A DNA stretch of 30,450 nucleotides, taken from contig CALHRB010000339.1 of the NCBI GenBank assembly GCA_938038165.1, forward strand, positions 1-30,450, given 5' to 3'. How positions within the stretch are numbered: position 1 is the first letter of the stretch; each line of letters opens with the position of its first letter. A program made the position numbers and the translations under genes. The notes under the pieces were generated by a model. That model saw nothing but the letters and a program-made list of their open reading frames with translations, did no database searches and had not been told where the DNA came from. Source of the stretch: Candidatus Kapaibacterium sp. GTDB lineage: Bacteria > Bacteroidota > Ignavibacteria > Kapaibacteriales > UBA2268. This document shows positions 17,584-23,928 of the stretch, piece by piece.

Positions 17584-19881
17584 TTAAACCATAGCTGCTG
17601 GTGGTGCAGGTTCGTCAGGACTTCCGGCATTCTTAACAGGGGTTCTGACAAGTATCCAGCCAACAACCAGGAAAACAAGCAGACTGATGAAAAACGTTGG
17701 ATTATCAAACAGAGTAGGTATTTTCCATTCCAAAACAGCGAAAAGAGCAAATAGTAAACCTATTAGAGCCTCGCCGGCTATTAAACCTGCCGCCAACAAA
17801 ACACCAGTGTTGCCAACTCTTGCTTGCTGAGCCTCGTTGAATTTTTTCTTTTCAGCAACTTTATCCAGAATACCTTTTATCAAGCCACCGATAAAGATTG
17901 CGAATGAAGTTTCAAGAGGAAGATACATACCAACGCAAACTAACATCGGGCTTTTTACTTTTACCAGAATGAAACCAATAGCCATAAGAATTCCAACAAT
18001 GATCAAGCCCCATTCCATATTTCCACCGAGTATTCCCTGGGAAAGAATAGCCATCAAAGAAGCTTGAGGAGCGGGGTATTCCTTACCTCCAAGACCGGTT
18101 ACTCCGGGAGTATATGTTCCATTTCCATTTTCCTGGATATCACCTTGATGGAGAACTAAAAGGGGAAAGAACATTACAGCTGCTGCCAATATAATACCAA
18201 GTATGTCGCCGAATTGCATTTTCCAGGGTGTTCCACCTATGATATGACCTACTTTTAAATCCTGAAGCATTTCTCCTGCAACAGCTGCTGCAACGCAAAC
18301 TACTGCTGCTACCCCGAGAACAGCCGGAACACCTGCTTCTCCTTTTGTGCCAAGAATAACCATTAATACGGCAGCAATTAAAAGGGTAGAAATAGTTAAA
18401 CCGCTGATCGGATTGTTGCTTGAACCAATCAAGCCGACCAAATAACCTGACACAGCAGCAAAAAAGAATCCAGCTATGACCATTACTATGGTTGCAATCA
18501 GAGCTGGAACTAATGTACCCGAAAACCAGTAGTAGATGAAGAATGTTGCTATGGAAGCAAGTAAAATTAGAATAAATACCCATTTAAAATTCATATCCTG
18601 TTGAGTTCTGTCCTCAGCAACAGTTCCGCCTGCTGCTTTTTTTGTATCACGAACAGCCCTTCCAATACCTTGAATAAGGCTTTTCCTCATTCTCCATAAT
18701 GTGAAAGCAGCACTCATCAACATTCCGCCAATAGCGATTTTTCTGACAACGTTTTTCCAGGTTGATTCACCGACCTCAACCCAGGATTCATTATTCATTT
18801 CATAATAATTATTTGCCAGATCAGATTTTGTGCCTCTGTCATATTCAGATTTAGCCTTTTGGAACCTACTTTCTGCTTCTGCCTGTGCAGACGAAAATAT
18901 CATGATTTCTTCTTCGGTAGCTTTATTGCTTTCTAAATGAACTAAGATTTTGTTCTTTTCTTTTTGAGCATAATCATATAATTCACCGTCTGAAAGCTGG
19001 GGACTTTTAGCTTTTTGATTTTCAATAATTTTTTCAATAAAAACAGAATTAAAGTATTTGTCCCTGTTGATGTTGTCAATGTTTATACTTGGAGCGATAA
19101 AAAACATCAGAACGGGAACAAATAAGCCCCAGGCAAGCAAACCACCGGTAAAGTTTAGTGCTGCGAGGTTAGGACCGATAATATAACCAACGCCCATATA
19201 TGCAGGGCTAACGCCCGGAGTGCTGATGATTGATCCACCACCGGTCGCAATTGAAGTGCCTCCTATTTTGATATTTCCAATTGCAAAAGGGAAATAATGA
19301 GACCAGCTTGCGGCAAATAGTTTAATTTGTTTTAATACTTGAATCAAGGCACCAATTCCCATAGCTGTGAATAGAAACTTAGCACCGCTTGAACCAGTTC
19401 TACCGGCTTTATGAATTTCAGCTGCAGCCACTGATTCAGGGAATGGAAGTTCTCTATCCTCGACCATTACTCTTCTGATTATTGTTATAAATAATATTCC
19501 AAACAAACCACCCACAAGAAGCACTGCTGAGGTTTGTAAGTAATTTGAAACCGACCAGAAATTCTGTCCGTCCCATACTCCGGCAATAATGAACGCAGGT
19601 ATTGTAAATATAGCTCCTGCAGCGACAGATTCACCAATTGAACCAACTGTTCTTGCTATATTTTCTTCGAGGATAGATCCTTTGAAAATTTTTAGAAATG
19701 CCATTCCTATGACTGCCGCAGGATATGTAGCGGCTATTGTCATACCTGCTTTTAAACCAAGATAGGCATTAGCTGCGCCAAGGACGACTGACATTATTAA
19801 TCCGATTATTAATGCTCGTATTGTCATTTCTGCCATTGGCATATCAGGGGGGACAAATGGGACGTATTTCTTTTCTTCCAT
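17584..19881 (-). CDS. OPT family oligopeptide transporter
   Basis: ELT-like MTIRALIIG, AANAYLGLKAGMTIAATYPAAVI, ENIARTVGSIGES, LPFPESVAAAE, GSSNNPISG, QDLKVGHIIGGTPWKMQ, APQASLM; SD AAGGAG upstream. Confidence 0.95.
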   Translation of the reverse strand: MEEKKYVPFVPPDMPMAEMTIRALIIGLIMSVVLGAANAYLGLKAGMTIAATYPAAVIGMAFLKIFKGSILEENIARTVGSIGESVAAGAIFTIPAFIIAGVWDGQNFWSVSNYLQTSAVLLVGGLFGILFITIIRRVMVEDRELPFPESVAAAEIHKAGRTGSSGAKFLFTAMGIGALIQVLKQIKLFAASWSHYFPFAIGNIKIGGTSIATGGGSIISTPGVSPAYMGVGYIIGPNLAALNFTGGLLAWGLFVPVLMFFIAPSINIDNINRDKYFNSVFIEKIIENQKAKSPQLSDGELYDYAQKEKNKILVHLESNKATEEEIMIFSSAQAEAESRFQKAKSEYDRGTKSDLANNYYEMNNESWVEVGESTWKNVVRKIAIGGMLMSAAFTLWRMRKSLIQGIGRAVRDTKKAAGGTVAEDRTQQDMNFKWVFILILLASIATFFIYYWFSGTLVPALIATIVMVIAGFFFAAVSGYLVGLIGSSNNPISGLTISTLLIAAVLMVILGTKGEAGVPAVLGVAAVVCVAAAVAGEMLQDLKVGHIIGGTPWKMQFGDILGIILAAAVMFFPLLVLHQGDIQENGNGTYTPGVTGLGGKEYPAPQASLMAILSQGILGGNMEWGLIIVGILMAIGFILVKVKSPMLVCVGMYLPLETSFAIFIGGLIKGILDKVAEKKKFNEAQQARVGNTGVLLAAGLIAGEALIGLLFALFAVLEWKIPTLFDNPTFFISLLVFLVVGWILVRTPVKNAGSPDEPAPPAAMV

Positions 19882-19945
19882 AAACTCTCCTTTTTTACTG
19901 CTGATTAATATTTAAATAAAAAAACAACAATTGTTTATTTTATTG

Positions 19946-21313
19946 TTATTTACTAAATTCTTCAAGGAATAATGCTGATACTTTGATGCCTCCGTAAAAA
20001 TTCTCTAAGCTAAAATTCTCGTTTGGAGAATGAATATTATCTCCGGGAAGACCCATTCCCATAAGCACAGATGGTGCATTTAGCACTTCGAGGAATGTCG
20101 AAACTATTGGTATTGAACCGCCTTCTCTTGTAAATAAAACTTCTTTGCCAAAAGCATTTTGGAATGCTTTGACTGCTGATTTAATACCTTTGCTGTCTAA
20201 TGGAACTAAGACCGGATTGCCTCCGTGTAATCTTGCTATTTCAATCTTTACTGTTGGTGGGGCAATGTTTTTTAGGTAGTTTTCAACTTTACTGATGATA
20301 TCGTCAGGTTTTTGGTCGGGGACTAACCTCATCGAGATTTTTGCAGTGGCTTTTGAAGGAATAATTGTCTTTGCCCCTTCGCCGATGTAGCCACCATATA
20401 TGCCATTGAGATCGAGCGTTGGTCTTGCTGATACTCTTTCGAGGGTGGTGTAACCAATTTCTCCGTTGACCATTGATATGCCCAGATCCTTGCAATATTC
20501 ATCTTCGTCAAAAGGAAGTTTTTTGAAATTTTCTCTTTCATCCTTTGAAAGAGGTCTGACATCATCATAAAAGCCAGGGATTGTTATTCTGCCGTAATCA
20601 TCTTTCAATCTGGAAATCATCCAGCAAAGAACATTCAAAGGATTATCAATCCCACCTCCATAAGTTCCGGAATGAAGATCACGGTTTGGACCTGTAATTG
20701 TCAGTTCTACAAAGGCAATTCCTCGAAGTGAATAACAAATTGAAGGTATGCCTTCTGCAAACCACTCAGTATCTGATATAAGCACAGTATCACACTTTAA
20801 CAATTCACGATTGTTTTCTATGAATTCATCAAGATGGTTGCTACCGGCTTCTTCCTCGCCTTCGATCAAAAATTTGATATTAACGGGGAGCCTTCCAACT
20901 GTTTTCAAATATGATTCGACAGATTTGACGTGAATCAATAGCTGACCTTTGTCGTCTGCACTACCTCGGGCATAAATCCTGCCATTTTTGATTACCGGAT
21001 CAAATGGTGGAGAGTCCCATAGATTCAATGGGTCAACAGGTTGAACGTCATAATGCCCGTAAACAAGTACGGTTGGAGCCTCTTTGCCTGCGTCGAGCCA
21101 TTCTCCATAAACGATTGAATGTCCTTTGGTTGGGAAAATTTTAACGTTATTCAAGCCTGAGTTTTTCATATTTTCAGAAAGCCATTCCGCAGCCTGTATC
21201 ATATATTCCTTGTAGGATGATATGCTGCTTATGCTTGGGATTTTTAAGAATTCAACTAATTCTTTAAGGAATTTTTCCTTGTTGTTTGAAATGTAAGTTA
21301 ATATATCATTCAT
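19946..21313 (-). CDS. M20 family dipeptidase (cytosolic nonspecific dipeptidase / ArgE-DapE-like)
   Basis: YGHYDVQP, YARGSADDKGQ, IEGEEEAGS, DLHSG, REGGSIP, DNIHSPNENF. Confidence 0.93.
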   Translation of the reverse strand: MNDILTYISNNKEKFLKELVEFLKIPSISSISSYKEYMIQAAEWLSENMKNSGLNNVKIFPTKGHSIVYGEWLDAGKEAPTVLVYGHYDVQPVDPLNLWDSPPFDPVIKNGRIYARGSADDKGQLLIHVKSVESYLKTVGRLPVNIKFLIEGEEEAGSNHLDEFIENNRELLKCDTVLISDTEWFAEGIPSICYSLRGIAFVELTITGPNRDLHSGTYGGGIDNPLNVLCWMISRLKDDYGRITIPGFYDDVRPLSKDERENFKKLPFDEDEYCKDLGISMVNGEIGYTTLERVSARPTLDLNGIYGGYIGEGAKTIIPSKATAKISMRLVPDQKPDDIISKVENYLKNIAPPTVKIEIARLHGGNPVLVPLDSKGIKSAVKAFQNAFGKEVLFTREGGSIPIVSTFLEVLNAPSVLMGMGLPGDNIHSPNENFSLENFYGGIKVSALFLEEFSK

Positions 21314-21458
21314 AACTATTTGAGTAAATCATAAAAAAATAAAAATATAAAAAAATAATGAATTATTATTAATAGATATTTTTTAATTAATGAAAAAAGT
21401 GAAAGGACTAAAAAGTCTTTTCACTCTTAAATTTTTGAAATTGACTATTTATTTTCTA

Positions 21459-21971
21459 CTAAGGCTCAGGTTGAATTGGTTTGCCAGTTCTTGCTATACT
21501 AACAATACCACTTACAATAACCCATTTTCCTCCCTCTTTTTTCAGGGTGCGGTTGACTCGGAAAAAGTAATTTTCAGGTTCTTGTGAACCTGTCATTTTG
21601 TATGTAGTTGGGATTCCGTAAATAATTGAAGCGAGTGTGCCCCGACTATCCATTTGAATTGAAACATCACTCATTTCACCATAAGTCAAATTTTCAACGG
21701 CATTAAACTGTTCGGTAATAGCTTTTTTGAAATCACTCAAAGATTTAATGATTTCACTTGAGTCAGTTCCAAAAAATATAACATCTTCGGATAAATAAGG
21801 AACTAAACCTTCGAATCTTTCCTGCTCCATAGCTTTGTTGAAAGCTTTAATAGTGGCAATAATTTCTTCTTTTTCTTTTGCCATTTCGGCAGTAGTAAGT
21901 TCATCAGGTCTAGGTCCGCAATTATAAACTAAGAAAAGAGATATGGAAATAAAAAGTAAATATTTAAGCAT
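21459..21971 (-). CDS. NTF2/SnoaL-like family protein, possible lipoprotein
   Basis: Hydrophobic N-terminus ending in Cys18 (non-canonical lipobox). The body has the SnoaL-like pattern AFNKAME...YLSEDVIFFGT...RVNRTLKKEGGKWVIV. Confidence 0.7.
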   Translation of the reverse strand: MLKYLLFISISLFLVYNCGPRPDELTTAEMAKEKEEIIATIKAFNKAMEQERFEGLVPYLSEDVIFFGTDSSEIIKSLSDFKKAITEQFNAVENLTYGEMSDVSIQMDSRGTLASIIYGIPTTYKMTGSQEPENYFFRVNRTLKKEGGKWVIVSGIVSIARTGKPIQPEP

Positions 21972-22100
21972 AAGCTCACCTACTAAAAATTGTAAATTTA
22001 TATTTTTATAAATTATTTAAAATTACTTAAACTTAATATAAACATTTTTAACAAAAAACAGTAATTTTTTTTTAAAAAACAGGATTTTATATTTTAAAAG

Positions 22101-22117
22101 TTGGTATGTTAATTGCA
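22101..22117 (+). promoter_or_regulatory. Sigma54 (RpoN) -24/-12 promoter
   Basis: TTGGTATG-TTAA-TTGCA matches TGGCAC-N5-TTGCW with exact GG/GC spacing (GG 22103-04, GC 22115-16). It lies 35 nt upstream of the ATG, which has an AAGGA SD. Confidence 0.7.
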
Positions 22118-22151
22118 AAATTTATTAGTGTATTCAATATGAAAGGATTAT

Positions 22152-22493
22152 ATGAAAGTTCAAAAAATTGCAAATAACCAGGTTAACGAGATTGATTATC
22201 ATAGCTTTATATTAGAGAAGCCACACTCTCAAAAAAAGAATAAAGCGCTTGAACAAAAAAGAGAAATAACAGAATTTAAGCCCGAAGAATTGCTACAAAC
22301 ACTCGAGAAGCTGGAGAATAATAAACAAATGGATAATAGTCATCCACTTAAAAAATCTGAGAATGCCCCAATAGAATCTTTTCAAGAAGCAATGATTGAG
22401 CTTGGTTATTTTAAGTCTCCTTTCTTCAAAGTTAATGCTTCGGCTGCTCAAGCAAATTTGAGAAATGAAGATGTTCTCTATCTTTTCAAATAA
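22152..22493 (+). CDS. Hypothetical 113-aa protein ending in a flagellin-C-terminus-like motif
   Basis: SD AAGGA at 22143-22147; charged helical body; C-terminus AAQANLRNEDVLYLFK. Confidence 0.7.
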   Translation: MKVQKIANNQVNEIDYHSFILEKPHSQKKNKALEQKREITEFKPEELLQTLEKLENNKQMDNSHPLKKSENAPIESFQEAMIELGYFKSPFFKVNASAAQANLRNEDVLYLFK

Positions 22494-22495
22494 AT

Positions 22496-22526
22496 TTTGT
22501 TATTTATGAAATTATTGCTAATTTTG
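22496..22526 (+). promoter_or_regulatory. Bacteroidota-type housekeeping promoter (-33/-7) for rpmG
   Basis: TTTG(22496-99)-N19-TAATTTTG(22519-26) is an exact consensus match, 25 nt before the rpmG ATG. Confidence 0.65.
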
Positions 22527-22551
22527 TAATCTTAATTTTTTTAGGATTAAC

Positions 22552-22731
22552 ATGGCAAAGAAAGAAACAAGAATTATTATTACTCTTGAGTGTACCGAGG
22601 CAAAAAAAGAAGGTAAGCCAGCCTCTCGTTATACTACAACAAAGAACAAAAATAATACTCAGGAAAGATTGGAAATAAAAAAATATAATCCTTTTTTAAG
22701 AAGGCACACAGTCCACAAAGAAGTCAGATAA
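22552..22731 (+). CDS. rpmG: 50S ribosomal protein L33 (Zn-free, Bacteroidota-type); absent from the ORF track
   Basis: Hand translation gives [59 protein letters not shown] (59 aa); AGGA SD upstream. Confidence 0.97.
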   Translation: MAKKETRIIITLECTEAKKEGKPASRYTTTKNKNNTQERLEIKKYNPFLRRHTVHKEVR

Positions 22732-22763
22732 GAAAAAAATTGTTAAAAGCATCTTCAAATGTT

Positions 22764-22794
22764 AAAGGTCTTGTTGTTGCAAGACCTTTTTTTT
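22764..22794. terminator. Rho-independent terminator after rpmG (probably bidirectional)
   Basis: Perfect 10-bp stem AAAGGTCTTG-TTGTTG-CAAGACCTTT plus T-run, abutting the stop codon of the convergent gene. Confidence 0.85.
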
Positions 22795-23137
22795 AATAAT
22801 CCAAACCATGTTCTTTCCGAATAAGCCTTATTTCTTCAATTTTCTTTAGTTTGTTTGACAGAGCGACAGCTAAATCTATCTTTCTTGAATTGCAATAATT
22901 CATTAAAGCAATGAAAACGTCCGAAGCCTCTTCTGCTAAATCATCTAAGTGGATATCCCTGCCCTTCCAAATCTTTTTTTCTAAATTTGCTAATTCACCC
23001 GCTTCACCGTTGAGTTCGAGGCAGAAAAATTCAGGAGGCTTTTTGGTGAAAAACTCATTCTGGTAATTATCAAAGTCATTCTGAATGATGGTTAAACTTT
23101 TGTCAATCTCAGTAATTAGGTGCTGAAGAATATCCAT
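22793..23137 (-). CDS. MazG-like nucleotide pyrophosphohydrolase (all-alpha NTP-PPase)
   Basis: LELNGEAGELANLEKK...LAEEASDVFIAL...IDL gives the ExxE...EExxD metal-binding pattern; single domain, 114 aa. Confidence 0.85.
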   Translation of the reverse strand: MDILQHLITEIDKSLTIIQNDFDNYQNEFFTKKPPEFFCLELNGEAGELANLEKKIWKGRDIHLDDLAEEASDVFIALMNYCNSRKIDLAVALSNKLKKIEEIRLIRKEHGLDY

Positions 23138-23138
23138 A

Positions 23139-23843
23139 TTAAATATCTACTGTTGATTCATCATCTTGGGGCAAATCTCTCATTCTGTAACCGACACCTC
23201 TAATGCTTTGGATTAAAGGTTTTGTTCCGTCTTCCCGTTCAATTTTGGCTCTTAACCTTTTAATATAAACGTCAATAATGTTCGACTCGGGATCGAAATT
23301 ATGTTTCCAAACGTGCTGAGTAATAGTGCTTCTGCTTAAAATTCTGTTTTTGTTTCTAATTAAATATTCGAGAAGAGCATATTCTTTTGTGGTAAGTTCA
23401 ATTTCTTTTCCAAAGCGATAAGCAACGTGAGAAATTGTATCCAAAACGAGATCACCGCATTTAAGTTTAGTTGATTTTTCAGTGCTCGAACGTCTCAATA
23501 TTGAACGTAGGCGAGCTGCAAGTTCCTCAAAGCTGAATGGTTTTGGCAAATAGTCATCAGCCCCAAGATCCAGACCTTGAACTCTATCTTCAGTTGTTCC
23601 TCTTGCAGTAAGCATCATTATAGGAGTTGATATACCAGCATTTCTTAATTCATTAAGCACTTTGAATCCATCCATCCCCGGGAGCATAACGTCGAGCAAA
23701 ATAGCATCAAATTGGTTGTTCATAGCCATTTCGAGACCTGTCTTGCCGTCCGAAGCTGTTTCAACGATATATCTTTCCTCTTCCAGTCCGTTTTTTATGA
23801 AACTGGCTACTTTACGTTCATCCTCAACAACTAAAATTCTCAT
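23139..23843 (-). CDS. OmpR/PhoB-family (CusR/CzcR-like) DNA-binding response regulator
   Basis: MRILVVEDE, LLDVMLPGMDG, MLTARG, LGADDYLPKPF, LTTKEYALLEYL, NIIDVYIKRLRAKI, IQSIRGVGY. Confidence 0.95.
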   Translation of the reverse strand: MRILVVEDERKVASFIKNGLEEERYIVETASDGKTGLEMAMNNQFDAILLDVMLPGMDGFKVLNELRNAGISTPIMMLTARGTTEDRVQGLDLGADDYLPKPFSFEELAARLRSILRRSSTEKSTKLKCGDLVLDTISHVAYRFGKEIELTTKEYALLEYLIRNKNRILSRSTITQHVWKHNFDPESNIIDVYIKRLRAKIEREDGTKPLIQSIRGVGYRMRDLPQDDESTVDI

Positions 23844-23928
23844 AATTATTTTCTCCCAGATGGAATAATAATAAAACCTAAATTTAATAATTAATTGTTA
23901 ATTAATCAATGTTAATTTTTTTTTACTT

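Noticed and set aside
21390-21587. 65-aa plus-strand ORF
   Set aside because: Mostly antisense to the NTF2-like gene, with no SD or recognisable motif.
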